Source: a phage
Direction: 5' to 3' (one strand)
NCBI GenBank assembly: GCA_033580375.1
Contig: GCA_033580375.1_4527.1
DNA length: 64,000 bases
Every line of letters starts with the position of its first letter. The stretch's first letter is position 1. This document shows, piece by piece, positions 17,859 to 28,914 of the stretch. The position numbers and the translations under genes are program-made. The notes beneath the pieces were generated by a model that made no database searches, had not been told where the DNA came from, and worked only from the letters and a program-made list of their open reading frames with translations.

Positions 17859-20570
17859 TCAAAAATCGAACATATCGAATAGAGATGCTTTCTTCTCGTA
17901 ATCGAGTTTCGCTGCTGATGTGAATCCTTCAAGTGGTTTAATAAATGTCTTCTCAAGGAGAACAGTGTAGTCCATCCAATGAAGTACATCATCTTTGATT
18001 AAATCAGTGATTTCAGTACCAGAAGGCCATGCGATACATTTATCACCGAACGGGTTTCCTTCACGTAAAGGCAGAACATATACTTTTTCACCTTCTACAA
18101 CTTGTGGTGCATCGATATTACCTTTGATAGCCCGGTTATACGTCAGAATTCCACGAATATGGAACGGACATTTAGGACCAGGGAATCCACCTACATCATA
18201 TTTAGCAATGTTATTCGCAGAAGATACCGACGCGATGCTAATATAATTCAATTGACGGAATTCTTTTTCAAACTCTTTAAAATATTCTTGTAATGATTCT
18301 TCACCTTCTTGAAGCATACGACGAATACATTCTTTAAGAGCTTTCTGTACCGCTTTAGGAGTTGAAGATTTCTGTGTTTCGAGACCCATGATTTTGAGTT
18401 TAGGCTCAGCGTAACGAGTACCTTCCATATCCCACACGTTTAATGCATAACGTTTCTTACCAGTCCAGAATCCGCCAATACCTTTAGAACCGAGCGGAGG
18501 ACCAGCGATAGCTTCTCGGTCCATGAACATTAAGTGTTGTTTATTGTTCATGTATTCACACATTTCACGGAAACCTCTATCAATAGCCGGTTCCATACGT
18601 TCACGAGCGAACTTATCTAAGAAGTCTACCCAATGGTTGGTATCACGGAATTTAGATTCACCAACCTTATCAATAATTTTATCTGCAGATACATAAATGG
18701 AGTCTGTATCACCATAAAGAACGAAAGCTTCACCTTCTGTACCACAAACTTCGTTCAGATATTCATTAACTTTACGTTCAATCCACTGTAAAGCCATTTG
18801 CCCGAATGTTGTGATTGCAGTAGCATTACGCAAATCGTAATAACGGAACCAAACGTTTCCAAGTGCACCATAAAGCGAGTTGATGAGTAATTTACGGTTA
18901 ATCTGTGCAGTCATACCTGCAACTTCAGTACGTTGAGCTCTAAACAACATTTCATTAAGAGATTTAGCAGACAACTTTTTAATCTTTTCTTTAATCTCGT
19001 CAGTGAAGTCGAAACGATAATCAACATCTAATGGTTCATCAACAGAAAGATTAGGATTATGCAATGCCTCTTTAATTATTTCACCATTACGTTGAGCTGC
19101 AAGCATGTAACCTTTATGTTCTTTACGCTGATTAAAGACCTTAGTGATTTCGGTTGGAACTACACCATCACGGTCTTTATAATACATCATGCCATTAGGA
19201 GAGCAACTGTACACATCTGAAGGACGTTCAGCAACAGCGTTAATATAATCATGCAATGGAGCTACTTTAAACGTTCCTGCTATTGTTTCTGGGCTAATAT
19301 TCACTTGGCGAATAATACTTGGATACAGAGATGTAAGGTCGAAACTCATTACATATTTGTATCGATTTGGAATAGGTTCCTTAACAAAAGCGCCAGGATA
19401 AGGTTGAACCGGGTGAGAACGACCTTGTGGAATCACCTTGTTCTGCTCTTTAAGGCTATTAAAAATAATAGCATCCCATGTTTTAATTGGGCTAAACACA
19501 GATTGAATCTGTATCTTAGCATAATAACCCATGTCCAAACTCAAGTTGATGAACTGACGCTTAGCATCAATTTGCAATACACGATACACGTCGATAATGT
19601 TATAAGAAATATATCGTTGGTGATTGCTTTCACGAAGCTTAGAAATAGGGCCTTCATATTTCAGTTTACCAACGTTCAATTCAAATTCTGAAATGTAATC
19701 CAGAGAATACGACGGTTGATTGGTAAAAGAGAATTTTTTGTAAAGGTCAATGTAATCAAGAACAGAGATACCGAACAATGTAATGATTTCACGAGAACCA
19801 TACATGTTTTCGATAACTTTAACACGAGTTTTACGATGTGGTGATAAACGTTTCGCAGTAGATTCGCCAAAAATATTCTTGATTCGGTTATACACATATG
19901 GAATATCAAATGACTCAACGTTCCATCCAGTCAAAATGACAGGAGTTTTCTGTTGCCAGAAGTTGAGATATTCCATCAACAATTCTTTTTCGTTATCGAA
20001 CGGCATATAAATGATTTTATCAATAATTTCGGATGGAACTTCATCACCACCTTGTTCTTGAAGCTTAGCCGCAATTTCGATAGACCATTCTTCCACATTA
20101 CCATATGGAGAATTCAATAGATCAAATACGTAGAACCTGTCGTCAATTGAGTCATAATGGGTGATAGCATCAATCGGATGTTTTGCTTGTGACGGCTCAG
20201 GGAACCCATCCGGAGATGTTACTTCGATGTCGAAGTTAGCCACACGAATTTTTGTATGGTCGTATTTGATTTCATAGTTATAAGTGTCAGACAAATACGC
20301 TAATTTGAAATCGTCCATGCCAAGTGCTTCAAGTCCGATATCTTCCATGCGTTTAATCCATTGGGAGGCATCACGCATATTAGCGAACAACTTACGAGTA
20401 CATGGCTTACCGTAGATATCGAAATATTTCGTAGCCTGACTTTCTGGACAATGAGCAAACAGTGATGGTTTATATTCTACTTCACGAGTACGTTCACGGC
20501 CGTTAGAATCGATGTAACGTTCAAAAATTGAATCACCGATCTGTTCAACCGTTAAGTAAAATTCTTTCAT
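17859..20570 (-). CDS. 43: DNA polymerase gp43 (family B)
   Basis: 903 aa; MKEFYLTVEQIGDSIFERYIDSNGRERTREVEYKPSLFAHCPESQATKYFDIYGKPCTRKLF... matches the RB69 gp43 sequence from structural studies; exo and pol motifs (LYGDTDS) present. Confidence 0.95.
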   Translation of the reverse strand: MKEFYLTVEQIGDSIFERYIDSNGRERTREVEYKPSLFAHCPESQATKYFDIYGKPCTRKLFANMRDASQWIKRMEDIGLEALGMDDFKLAYLSDTYNYEIKYDHTKIRVANFDIEVTSPDGFPEPSQAKHPIDAITHYDSIDDRFYVFDLLNSPYGNVEEWSIEIAAKLQEQGGDEVPSEIIDKIIYMPFDNEKELLMEYLNFWQQKTPVILTGWNVESFDIPYVYNRIKNIFGESTAKRLSPHRKTRVKVIENMYGSREIITLFGISVLDYIDLYKKFSFTNQPSYSLDYISEFELNVGKLKYEGPISKLRESNHQRYISYNIIDVYRVLQIDAKRQFINLSLDMGYYAKIQIQSVFSPIKTWDAIIFNSLKEQNKVIPQGRSHPVQPYPGAFVKEPIPNRYKYVMSFDLTSLYPSIIRQVNISPETIAGTFKVAPLHDYINAVAERPSDVYSCSPNGMMYYKDRDGVVPTEITKVFNQRKEHKGYMLAAQRNGEIIKEALHNPNLSVDEPLDVDYRFDFTDEIKEKIKKLSAKSLNEMLFRAQRTEVAGMTAQINRKLLINSLYGALGNVWFRYYDLRNATAITTFGQMALQWIERKVNEYLNEVCGTEGEAFVLYGDTDSIYVSADKIIDKVGESKFRDTNHWVDFLDKFARERMEPAIDRGFREMCEYMNNKQHLMFMDREAIAGPPLGSKGIGGFWTGKKRYALNVWDMEGTRYAEPKLKIMGLETQKSSTPKAVQKALKECIRRMLQEGEESLQEYFKEFEKEFRQLNYISIASVSSANNIAKYDVGGFPGPKCPFHIRGILTYNRAIKGNIDAPQVVEGEKVYVLPLREGNPFGDKCIAWPSGTEITDLIKDDVLHWMDYTVLLEKTFIKPLEGFTSAAKLDYEKKASLFDMFDF

Positions 20571-20630
20571 TTAATTTCCTTTAGACGAGTTATTGTCTTT
20601 TGTTTGTTGATGAACTTATTATACTCCAAA

Positions 20631-20648
20631 TGGGACCGAAGTCCCATT
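20631..20648 (-). promoter_or_regulatory. UUCG-tetraloop hairpin between regA and gene 43 (terminator or translational-operator candidate)
   Basis: minus RNA AUGGGAC-UUCG-GUCCCAU; lies in the leader of gene 43. Confidence 0.4.
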
Positions 20649-20651
20649 GCT

Positions 20652-21020
20652 TTAATTACCAATTGTATATTTTGCTTTCAAAGTCCAGTCATCTTTCTGT
20701 TTAAAAGAGATAACACGGAAGTTATTAGTCAGGCTAAATAGATCTTCACGAGCAGAGTCTTCAATAACAATTAATCCCCAGTCTTCAAGCAACTGAGCAA
20801 TCGAATCACGTCGCTGATAGTCTTCACCATCAATATCAACCTGACGTCCGTCCATACGCAGCATTTCTTTAAAGTGGACGATGTAATATTTACCTTGCTT
20901 TTGGAGGATATGACAGGACTGATAAAGGATTTTATCCTTGTTATTAGCGATGCCCATACGGGTCAAAGTCTCTTTGACTTTCAGAAAATCTTCAGGGTTC
21001 TTCAATTTAATTTCAATCAT
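20652..21020 (-). CDS. regA: translational repressor RegA
   Basis: MIEIKLKNPEDFLKVKETLTRMGIANNKDK.LYQSCHILQK.G.YYIVHFKEMLRMDGRQV matches T4 RegA; 122 aa from ATG 21020. Confidence 0.9.
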   Translation of the reverse strand: MIEIKLKNPEDFLKVKETLTRMGIANNKDKILYQSCHILQKQGKYYIVHFKEMLRMDGRQVDIDGEDYQRRDSIAQLLEDWGLIVIEDSAREDLFSLTNNFRVISFKQKDDWTLKAKYTIGN

Positions 21021-21022
21021 TT

Positions 21023-21586
21023 TTACCATTCCAATGCTAATTTTTTAAATTGTTTTTGTTCTTTTACGTTTTTAGTAACTTCTTTGAGAAATTCATCAGT
21101 GACCATGGCCTTCAGTTCTTTAAGGACTATTGGCAGCTTGTTATTTTTTTCAAGGAGCCGCTTATACTCGGTAGCATCATTCATGTTGATTGTGTAATGT
21201 TTCATCAACAGTTTGATAACTAGTAACTCTGAAGTGTCTTCGACTAGTTTAGCCCATTTAGAGAATCGACGACCACGCGGAATTGCCGCCATCATATAGT
21301 TGAAGTGCGCTTCATCACTTAATTCAGAACCGACTAAGTTCATCATGTAAACGGCTGGCATACATTCTGGGAACTGGGATAATGAGTTCTCAATCATAAA
21401 TTTTGAGTAGTCGACCTGAGCAATTGACATAGATTTCTTTTCATTAATGGCATTAATGATTTTAAAGAATTCATTCTCAGGTTTTTCTTTAAACATATCA
21501 GCACATTTTTGAATCGCATCAGCGTCATTAGACTTCCATGCAATTTGGTGCTCGTTAAGCTGGACGTCATCATCGAATAAGTTCAT
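21023..21586 (-). CDS. 62: clamp-loader small subunit gp62
   Basis: 187 aa, same length and position as T4 gp62. Confidence 0.8.
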   Translation of the reverse strand: MNLFDDDVQLNEHQIAWKSNDADAIQKCADMFKEKPENEFFKIINAINEKKSMSIAQVDYSKFMIENSLSQFPECMPAVYMMNLVGSELSDEAHFNYMMAAIPRGRRFSKWAKLVEDTSELLVIKLLMKHYTINMNDATEYKRLLEKNNKLPIVLKELKAMVTDEFLKEVTKNVKEQKQFKKLALEW

Positions 21587-21587
21587 A

Positions 21588-22550
21588 TTATTTCCAAGTC
21601 AGTTCACAGGTCAGTTGAAGAAGCATATACATAACATGTAATTCAATATTACTTGCTAGTCCATGAAACTTATTATTTTCGCCTGCAATTTCGTAAAGCG
21701 AAATAATACTTTTACCAGGTGCAACTTGGTCATAACATTCTGAAACTAATTTATCGATGAACCACGAATAATCTGCAGCATATTTTGGAGCTAATGCACG
21801 AAGCTGTTTGATATCTTTGTTCTTCATTGCTTCGATAACATCAGAGACTGTTCCACGGTCATTAGTTACGATAGACAGAATACCTGCATCAAGAACACCT
21901 TTAGACGAGTACTGGTCTAATTGGCCGATTGTGCGACGAAAGTCTGGGAAGTTCTTTTTAACCAGAGCTGCAACAACTTTCATATCAGCGATTTCGATAT
22001 TTTCATTCTTACAGATTTCAACCATACGATGAATCATTTTCTTCATCATCGAGATTTTATCTTCTTCGGTCGGACGACCGAATTCGATAACTCGACAACG
22101 GCTACGTAATGGTTCAATAATTCCATCGATGTTGTTAGCAGTAATAATAATAGAACAGTTACTAGAGAATTCTTCCATGAATGTACGAAGGTGACGTTGT
22201 GATTCGGCGAGGCCACTACGGTCAAATTCATCAATAACAATAACTTTAGGCTTGCCTTCCATTGAGACTGAACGAGCGAATGCAGTTAACGGACCACGCA
22301 CAAAATCAATTTTACAATCAGAACCGTTGACGAACATCATTTCGGCATTGATATCATTACATAATGCTTTTGCTACGGTTGTTTTACCTGTACCAGGAGA
22401 TGGAGAGTGTAAAATAATATGAGGAAGTTTTCCTTTAGATACTAAAGACTTGAATGTTTCATGGTCATACGCAGGCAGAATACATTCGTCAATGGAAGAA
22501 GGACGATATTTCTGTTCTAGAATGTGTTCTTTGGAATTGATAGTAATCAT
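21588..22550 (-). CDS. 44: clamp-loader large subunit gp44 (AAA+)
   Basis: [11 protein letters not shown] Walker [10 protein letters not shown] Walker B; near-identical to T4 gp44. Confidence 0.9.
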   Translation of the reverse strand: MITINSKEHILEQKYRPSSIDECILPAYDHETFKSLVSKGKLPHIILHSPSPGTGKTTVAKALCNDINAEMMFVNGSDCKIDFVRGPLTAFARSVSMEGKPKVIVIDEFDRSGLAESQRHLRTFMEEFSSNCSIIITANNIDGIIEPLRSRCRVIEFGRPTEEDKISMMKKMIHRMVEICKNENIEIADMKVVAALVKKNFPDFRRTIGQLDQYSSKGVLDAGILSIVTNDRGTVSDVIEAMKNKDIKQLRALAPKYAADYSWFIDKLVSECYDQVAPGKSIISLYEIAGENNKFHGLASNIELHVMYMLLQLTCELTWK

Positions 22551-22625
22551 GTAATTTTCCTCATTATCATTAAACTGGAGGATTTCTCCTCCATAATCGT
22601 ACTACATTAAACGTAAAGCTTTAAC

Positions 22626-23312
22626 TTAGAAGTCGTGGGTAGAATCGGCTTCCATCGCAATAACATAACTTACTTGAGAGCTTTCAAACTTAGCTGCAAC
22701 TTTATCACCAGCTCCCCACAACATTACTTTATAGTTACCTGGCTGGATTTTCATATTAGCCATATTGATTACGAAGTTAAAGTTATTAGAACCATCATAA
22801 TCGGTAAGAGTCAAAGAATACTTAGGACGAGTTAGTCCAGAATCTTCAACTTTATTATAACCGTTGATAACAATTTTACCATCTTTATTTGTAATAGCAA
22901 TTGTATCAATCTGAAGACCACGTGAAACTCGAAGCAATTGTTGAAGGTCTTCAGCTTTAATTTCAGTAATCACCGAAGCCACTGGGAATTGAATTGGCTT
23001 ATTAGGAAAAACAATGGTGCTCTTGTCGGCAGCAGGCCAATAAACTGTGGAACGTGTATCTGCAATTTTAATATTGCCATCGGTGTGCATTGAAATTTCA
23101 GCATCATCAGACACTAGACTCAAAATGCTTAAGAAGCTATTCAAATCATAAAGTGCTACGTCAAAATCAATTTCATCAGAGATATTTGCTTCCGCATAAG
23201 TGGTGCCATTAACTGCACGGGTCATAATAAATTTACCTTGACTCAGCAGAATGCCGGAGTTAATAGAGGCAAAGTTTTTCAGAATAGCGATAGTATCTTT
23301 AGACAGTTTCAT
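22626..23312 (-). CDS. 45: sliding clamp gp45
   Basis: MKLSKDT.A.LKNFA.INSGI.L..G.FIMTRAVNGTTYAEANISD matches T4 gp45; 228 aa from ATG 23312. Confidence 0.9.
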   Translation of the reverse strand: MKLSKDTIAILKNFASINSGILLSQGKFIMTRAVNGTTYAEANISDEIDFDVALYDLNSFLSILSLVSDDAEISMHTDGNIKIADTRSTVYWPAADKSTIVFPNKPIQFPVASVITEIKAEDLQQLLRVSRGLQIDTIAITNKDGKIVINGYNKVEDSGLTRPKYSLTLTDYDGSNNFNFVINMANMKIQPGNYKVMLWGAGDKVAAKFESSQVSYVIAMEADSTHDF

Positions 23313-23354
23313 TTTATTTCCTTTCAAGACAATTCAAAGTTTAAAAAAAATTTA

Positions 23355-23771
23355 TTATGCAGCAACCATCTGCTTTTTAATAGCTTCAGGCAGTGATTCA
23401 ATATATTCTGGAATTTTAGAAGCAACAATTTCGCCGGCTGCAATTAATTGTTCGTCGGCATCAACACAGTAGAAATCTTCCAGACGCTCAGAACCATCTT
23501 TATCAAGAACGATTTTTCCACCAGCTTCAATAGAATCTTTATAGTGCTTACGCATCAGATGAATCCACATATCAGATACATCGTTGTCGATAAAACCATA
23601 AATCATAAAACGAGTTTCTTGTGGCAAAGATTGAAGCTTTTTAGCACTTGCGTCATCACAATGCAGGACCCATGCTTTACGAACACGATTATGGTTATGT
23701 GGGTTAGCGTCAGTACGGATAGAAGTAACTTTCAGATCAGCAGCAGTAAAACCTTTAGCAGTAGTAAACAT
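23355..23771 (-). CDS. rpbA: RNA polymerase-binding protein RpbA-like
   Basis: 138-aa ORF directly downstream of gene 45 as in T4; call by synteny. Confidence 0.45.
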   Translation of the reverse strand: MFTTAKGFTAADLKVTSIRTDANPHNHNRVRKAWVLHCDDASAKKLQSLPQETRFMIYGFIDNDVSDMWIHLMRKHYKDSIEAGGKIVLDKDGSERLEDFYCVDADEQLIAAGEIVASKIPEYIESLPEAIKKQMVAA

Positions 23772-23783
23772 ATTATTTCTCTC

Positions 23784-23984
23784 TTATTCGTAGAAGTCGG
23801 TAACTGTCCATGCGGAATTGCGATTAGACATTATTTTATTATACTCATCTTTAAAAGCAGATTTGAGCATTTGTTCAGTAACAATATGTTCTTCACCTGA
23901 AAACGTATTGGTCAAAACATATTTTTTAATTTCAGGGACAACAAGAAGATGTTGTCCGGTTGAATACTCCATGTTGTTCTCCAT
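23784..23984 (-). CDS. hypothetical protein
   Basis: 66-aa ORF. Confidence 0.4.
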   Translation of the reverse strand: MENNMEYSTGQHLLVVPEIKKYVLTNTFSGEEHIVTEQMLKSAFKDEYNKIMSNRNSAWTVTDFYE

Positions 23985-24026
23985 TTAATTTGATGTGGTC
24001 ATTATAACCACATCGTGTTAAAGCGT

Positions 24027-25715
24027 TTATGAAACAGTCATTACCGTAAATCGTCCAACTTTGCTCATCTGAAGATGTTGTCCATAAGCTTGTGGGTCAT
24101 GGTCTCTGTGACTAATTATAAACACGTTTGCATCGGTTAGAGAGTTAAGAATTGTTGAAATAGCTTTAATACCTTCAGAATCAGTCGCGGAATCCATGAC
24201 TTCGTCCATAATTAATGTATTGATTCTAACACCAGAAACCTTTTCAGCAATATCTCGCCATGTAAACAACAATGCGATATCGATACGTGCTTTTTCACCT
24301 TGACTAAATGAAGCATAACTAAAATCTTCACGGCCGCGTGATTTTATAGATTCATTGAATTCTTCGTCAATAGAAAACACATAATCAGCTTCCATGATTT
24401 TAAGATAATGGTTAATCTGCTTGTTGAACAGAGGCACATATTTTTTAATGATAGCACCTTTAATACCAGAATCTTTTAACATATCTGTGATAATACCACG
24501 ATGGTATTTTTCAAGAACGATATCCGATTTTGTTTTAATGATTTTATCAAGTTCTTTTTGAAGCAAAGCTATCTCATCGGCATGGTCGATAAATTCCGCC
24601 GAGGCTTGTTCTATTGCAGCTTTAACTTTCTTAGCTTTATCAATAGTGGCAATCATTGCTTGTTTCTTGGTACGAATATCGGATGCAAGGTCCTGTTTAG
24701 TCTTAACATTAGCTCGATATTCGTCCACTAGGACACTCAGATTATCTCTGTGACAGGTAAGTTGCTCGAATGAGTGATTACATTCATGAAGCTTATCGGT
24801 AATCTTAGAGACAATAGGATCACCCTGGTGCAACTGCGATGCACAAGTAGGACATGTGCCACCATCGTGATACATCTTAATAACTTTGTTATATGAGTCA
24901 ATTTTAGATTTAATCAAGAATGCTTCTTGTCCGATCTTGTTGAACGCCTCAGTAGGGTCTTCATCAAGAACGATATTAAGTAGACGCTCATTAGCTTCTT
25001 CGATTTCTGCTTTTAATGAACGAGCTTCTTTGGCTAGGTCGTCATACATATTCTGTAGACGTGCTACATTATCGCCAGATAATTTCTTTTGACGTTCGAT
25101 ATTCTCGTTATAAATCTTAATTTGTTGGATAATACCATCTTTCTTGGCATCGAGAACTTGTCCCTGGGAATTAAGTTCGCGAACTTGAGACTTATTGATT
25201 TTATCCATTTCAGCGAGTGTGCCGACTTCTAAAAGGTCTTCGACAAGTTTTCTACGAGCAGGGGTGCTAAGAGCCATGAAAGGGGTATACCCTGCCGTCC
25301 CAAGCACAACGATTTGTTTAAAAGACGCGTATGACATTCCGATGCTACGTTCAAATTCTTCTTGGAAGTCACGACTGCTGGCAGATTCATCGAGACGAAC
25401 ACCGTCAACGGAGATTTCGAAAATATTGGGCTTTTGGCCACGTTTAATGAAGTATTTTTTACCATCGAATTCCATCCAAAGCTCAACTAAGAGCTCTTTC
25501 TTGTTCGTGCTATTAATGATTTGTCCTTTCTTAACATCACGAAATGGTTTACCGAAAAGTCCGAAAGTAATGGCTTCTAACATCGTAGATTTACCACCGC
25601 CATTTTTACCAGTGATTAATGTCTTTTGGACTTTATCTAATTGGATATCGATAGGATTCCCACCTACCGACATGATGTTTTGATAACGAACACGATTTAA
25701 TTTAAATGATTTCAT
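24027..25715 (-). CDS. 46: recombination endonuclease subunit gp46 (Rad50/SbcC-like ATPase)
   Basis: 562 aa; GKNGGGKST Walker A, long coiled coil, CPTC zinc hook, C-terminal signature; near-identical to T4 gp46. Confidence 0.9.
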   Translation of the reverse strand: MKSFKLNRVRYQNIMSVGGNPIDIQLDKVQKTLITGKNGGGKSTMLEAITFGLFGKPFRDVKKGQIINSTNKKELLVELWMEFDGKKYFIKRGQKPNIFEISVDGVRLDESASSRDFQEEFERSIGMSYASFKQIVVLGTAGYTPFMALSTPARRKLVEDLLEVGTLAEMDKINKSQVRELNSQGQVLDAKKDGIIQQIKIYNENIERQKKLSGDNVARLQNMYDDLAKEARSLKAEIEEANERLLNIVLDEDPTEAFNKIGQEAFLIKSKIDSYNKVIKMYHDGGTCPTCASQLHQGDPIVSKITDKLHECNHSFEQLTCHRDNLSVLVDEYRANVKTKQDLASDIRTKKQAMIATIDKAKKVKAAIEQASAEFIDHADEIALLQKELDKIIKTKSDIVLEKYHRGIITDMLKDSGIKGAIIKKYVPLFNKQINHYLKIMEADYVFSIDEEFNESIKSRGREDFSYASFSQGEKARIDIALLFTWRDIAEKVSGVRINTLIMDEVMDSATDSEGIKAISTILNSLTDANVFIISHRDHDPQAYGQHLQMSKVGRFTVMTVS

Positions 25716-25960
25716 ATGTATTCTCTTCGAATGAAGTCCTCTACATATTTTAACATGTCATCCCTATCAGCAAAATATTCATCTAGTTCTGCATACATAA
25801 CAACACCCGGTGCATACTCACAGGTAACATACATTGTTCCAAAGAAACGAGGAGATGATTCCTCGTAATTCTCAGTCCATTCAACGATACCAATATAACC
25901 GTCGCCAATACTAAATTCATGACGATGGATTTCATAGTCAGTCTTCGTCATTATACGCAT
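25712..25960 (-). CDS. hypothetical protein
   Basis: 82-aa ORF between 46 and 47. Confidence 0.45.
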   Translation of the reverse strand: MRIMTKTDYEIHRHEFSIGDGYIGIVEWTENYEESSPRFFGTMYVTCEYAPGVVMYAELDEYFADRDDMLKYVEDFIRREYI

Positions 25961-26195
25961 CCTCGATACATGCTTCAGCCATTTTAAGAATAGAGCCAGG
26001 AGTATCGTTGTCCATTATATTAAAGCTAAATTCAATAGCCCAGTCGGTACAGACATGAACGGCTTTAACTTCATTGCCTTCAACGCGTAATGGCTCAATC
26101 CAATACTTGATGGTGTTCTCGAATCCATCATCATCTTTAACGTCTATTTCAGCTTCAAGTCCGAGCCCAGCATTGTTAAATTCATCTAAAGTCAT
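25938..26195 (-). CDS. hypothetical protein
   Basis: 85-aa acidic ORF. Confidence 0.45.
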   Translation of the reverse strand: MTLDEFNNAGLGLEAEIDVKDDDGFENTIKYWIEPLRVEGNEVKAVHVCTDWAIEFSFNIMDNDTPGSILKMAEACIEDAYNDED

Positions 26196-27211
26196 TGTGT
26201 TGCCTCAATATAAAGTTCGTTGGAATATTTGACCAGCGCTTCTCTGTCTTCGTCTGAGATATCTGGAATCGCGTCAATATATTCTTTAATGATATCTTGA
26301 AGTGATTTAATCTCGATTTCCTGGTCGTCATCAGATTCAACACTGTTATCAACTTTAGAAACCATACGAAGAGAGTGAACTACTTTTTCAAGTTCAGATT
26401 CAAACTTAGTCAACTCTGAATCAATTTCTGATACTATAACACGTACGGCTAGATTAGTATAATCAGAATAATTGATTTTGCCTTTAAACGGATAAGTGAT
26501 TCGTCGATGCCATGTTGTTTCATTAGGAATAAATTCCATACGTTCAACATCAGTGTCAAATACCCAGAATCCGCGCGGGTCGTTCTCGTCACCTGCAGTA
26601 AGGGTCCATGGTGTCCCAATATATTTGACGTTAGCAGCTTCAGAGATTGTGTGGAAGTGGCCAGACCAGACTTGTTTATAGGTCTTTAAGAAATCAGGTT
26701 CAAGCCCATGAGACTTCATTCCTTTATAGAAATAAAAGCCATTCAGTTCCCAGTGCCCAACACAATATGCCGCAGAAGAAGTCTTGATGTGCTCTAAGAT
26801 TTCACCTGTATTTTCTTCACACATCCACGGAACGATATCAATCAGACATCCGTCAAAATCTACAGTAGTTGGATGTTCGTAAATAGTAAAGTTTTCAAAT
26901 TGAGTTAACAATTCAGAAACAGTGTTAGGTGTTATTGTATTCTTAAACGCCATGTCATGGTTTCCTATCGTGACATGAACGTGAATGCCTGCTTTAGAAA
27001 TCATATCAACGATTTCACGATTGAATTCCATTGTACGATGTGTAATTGCTTTACGGACGTCAAACCAATCACCGTACTGAATCCAAGTTTTAATCCCGTG
27101 TTTCTTAGAGTATTCAATTGCTTGACGAATACCATCACGTTGAATATCTTGAACCCATGGGTCATCTTGTTTGACTCCGATATGGAAGTCGCCTAAGTGC
27201 AAAATTTTCAT
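26192..27211 (-). CDS. 47: recombination endonuclease subunit gp47 (Mre11/SbcD-like phosphoesterase)
   Basis: 339 aa; MKILHLGD.H.G, GNHD, GHWE phosphoesterase motifs; near-identical to T4 gp47. Confidence 0.9.
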   Translation of the reverse strand: MKILHLGDFHIGVKQDDPWVQDIQRDGIRQAIEYSKKHGIKTWIQYGDWFDVRKAITHRTMEFNREIVDMISKAGIHVHVTIGNHDMAFKNTITPNTVSELLTQFENFTIYEHPTTVDFDGCLIDIVPWMCEENTGEILEHIKTSSAAYCVGHWELNGFYFYKGMKSHGLEPDFLKTYKQVWSGHFHTISEAANVKYIGTPWTLTAGDENDPRGFWVFDTDVERMEFIPNETTWHRRITYPFKGKINYSDYTNLAVRVIVSEIDSELTKFESELEKVVHSLRMVSKVDNSVESDDDQEIEIKSLQDIIKEYIDAIPDISDEDREALVKYSNELYIEATQ

Positions 27212-27247
27212 ATTATTTCCTCATTAGTTAATTCATTCTATCATCCG

Positions 27248-27457
27248 TTTATAAAGCAAAAAAAAAAGAACTCCGAAGAGTTCCTATCCACATAGTACAC
27301 CGTACAGAGGCTCATTTGAACTTTTAAATCGAATGGGCTTGTGCGTAATAGTTCCTTCGGCTTTAGCTTTATCATAAGACTCTTTAAAACGTCTCATTCT
27401 TTCTGCTTTGCCTTTACGGATTTTATCGAAATTTTCAGAGGTCAGGTCGTTCGTCAT
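27248..27457 (-). CDS. small basic protein (ORF not in supplied track)
   Basis: 69-codon ATG ORF with GAGAGG SD, checked triplet by triplet; 3' end runs through the terminator hairpin. Confidence 0.3.
27257..27282 (-). terminator. rho-independent terminator (GAACUC-UUCG-GAGUUC + U10)
   Basis: UUCG tetraloop hairpin followed by ten U on minus-strand RNA, upstream of gene 47. Confidence 0.65.
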
Positions 27458-27496
27458 GCATAAGCACCTCTCAGAAAATGCCTAAATCGATTTCTC

Positions 27497-27718
27497 TCAT
27501 CGTTTCCACCATTTCTTAACTTGAAATGAATCGACCCACACGAGTTGTTTTGGGTCTGCCTTTACAATAGGCGGACAAATTTCTGTAATAGAACCGTCGT
27601 GATATTCCTTTTCAGAAATTTTAACACAAAGAGGACCACCCAATTTAATGGTGAACCCTGCGTTCAGCTTCAGACGTTTAAATTTTGTTTGAACTAGCGC
27701 CATTAATGATGTCCTCAA
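27497..27718 (-). CDS. hypothetical protein
   Basis: 73-aa ORF. Confidence 0.4.
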   Translation of the reverse strand: MRTSLMALVQTKFKRLKLNAGFTIKLGGPLCVKISEKEYHDGSITEICPPIVKADPKQLVWVDSFQVKKWWKR

Positions 27719-28001
27719 TAGCCTGACGAGTAGTAATCCACTGGATTTTAATTAACTTGTCATTATATGGTTGTCGTAGAATATCCCGAGATTTCTTAAT
27801 AGCATATTCGTAAGCTTCGAAGTTGTTTTGAATTGCTGCTTCTTGAGCATGTGCATAAAGACGGTTTAGTTCAAAACGATTCTTTTTAAGAATCTTTTCA
27901 GATTTTTTACGTGCTTCAGCTTCATTTTTCTTTTGGATTTCTTGTAGCATTTTAGCCACTGCATCTTCTGCTTCTTTATTTTCAATAATCTCGGTAGTCA
28001 T
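27678..28001 (-). CDS. hypothetical protein
   Basis: 107-aa ORF, helical/charged. Confidence 0.45.
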   Translation of the reverse strand: MTTEIIENKEAEDAVAKMLQEIQKKNEAEARKKSEKILKKNRFELNRLYAHAQEAAIQNNFEAYEYAIKKSRDILRQPYNDKLIKIQWITTRQAIEDIINGASSNKI

Positions 28002-28002
28002 A

Positions 28003-28212
28003 TTATCTCATTAAATTAAAATAAAAACGTCCGTCCTCTTCAATACAGAACTCGTACTCAACTGGAGTCCCATTTATCGAAAATGACACGTCATGTGGGT
28101 TCAAAGGGTCGATGTCAAAATTAATTTTAAATTCTCGACCCAACAGTTTTACCAAATAAGGGATTGCTTCGTCAAAAGGTTCTTCTAAGTAGTTAGAGAT
28201 ATCAATTGTCAT
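28003..28212 (-). CDS. hypothetical protein (start trimmed to internal ATG to avoid 95-nt overlap with gene 55)
   Basis: ORF 28003..28296 overlaps gp55 3' end; internal Met at 28212. Confidence 0.35.
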   Translation of the reverse strand: MTIDISNYLEEPFDEAIPYLVKLLGREFKINFDIDPLNPHDVSFSINGTPVEYEFCIEEDGRFYFNLMR

Positions 28213-28777
28213 CCTCATATAAAAAATCCAAACTAGGTGAATCGCTAACAACTTCCTTCTTTTCAGCCCCAGGAGCTTTATAAGCGGATTCTTCATAATG
28301 CGTCATTTTATCGTAGATGTCTTGAATAAACGTTTCATCTACCAACGCTACCATATCATCGTCATGACTGTCGTAGACGTTATGAACGAAGTAACTATAT
28401 TTCTTTGCAACTTCCTTACGTTCTTTTTTGATACGTTGGACAAAAGCATTAAAACAAGCTCGAGTTATGTATGCATGTGGGTTATTGTACTTAGTTTCGT
28501 CGAAATTATGAAGTCCCTTAATAGAGGCTTCAATCCCATCTGCAATCATCTCCTGCTTCCAAGACTGGGTATATCCTGAAAAGTTGAAACGTTTGGACAG
28601 GCCTTCGGCGATAAGCATAATTGCTAAACCGATGGTATCATTCTGACGAATAATTTTGTTTGGGTCTTTATTATTTAAGAGCTCCTTTTTCCACTCGATT
28701 ATAGCGGCGAGAAGCTCTTTATTATTCACATAGTTATTTTTAGGTTTTTGTTCAGTCATAAGTACCTCTTGGCTCAA
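28202..28777 (-). CDS. 55: late-transcription sigma factor gp55
   Basis: [77 protein letters not shown] matches T4 gp55. Confidence 0.9.
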   Translation of the reverse strand: MSQEVLMTEQKPKNNYVNNKELLAAIIEWKKELLNNKDPNKIIRQNDTIGLAIMLIAEGLSKRFNFSGYTQSWKQEMIADGIEASIKGLHNFDETKYNNPHAYITRACFNAFVQRIKKERKEVAKKYSYFVHNVYDSHDDDMVALVDETFIQDIYDKMTHYEESAYKAPGAEKKEVVSDSPSLDFLYEDDN

Positions 28778-28914
28778 TTCATAGGTCTATTATATCATAA
28801 TATTTAGAGACCTATCTTAAAGCACGAGATACTATCAAAGATACGTAACTTTCATAAAGTTGACGACTTAAAATTCACCAAACTTTTCTTCGGTTATAGC
28901 AATTCGAGATAGTT

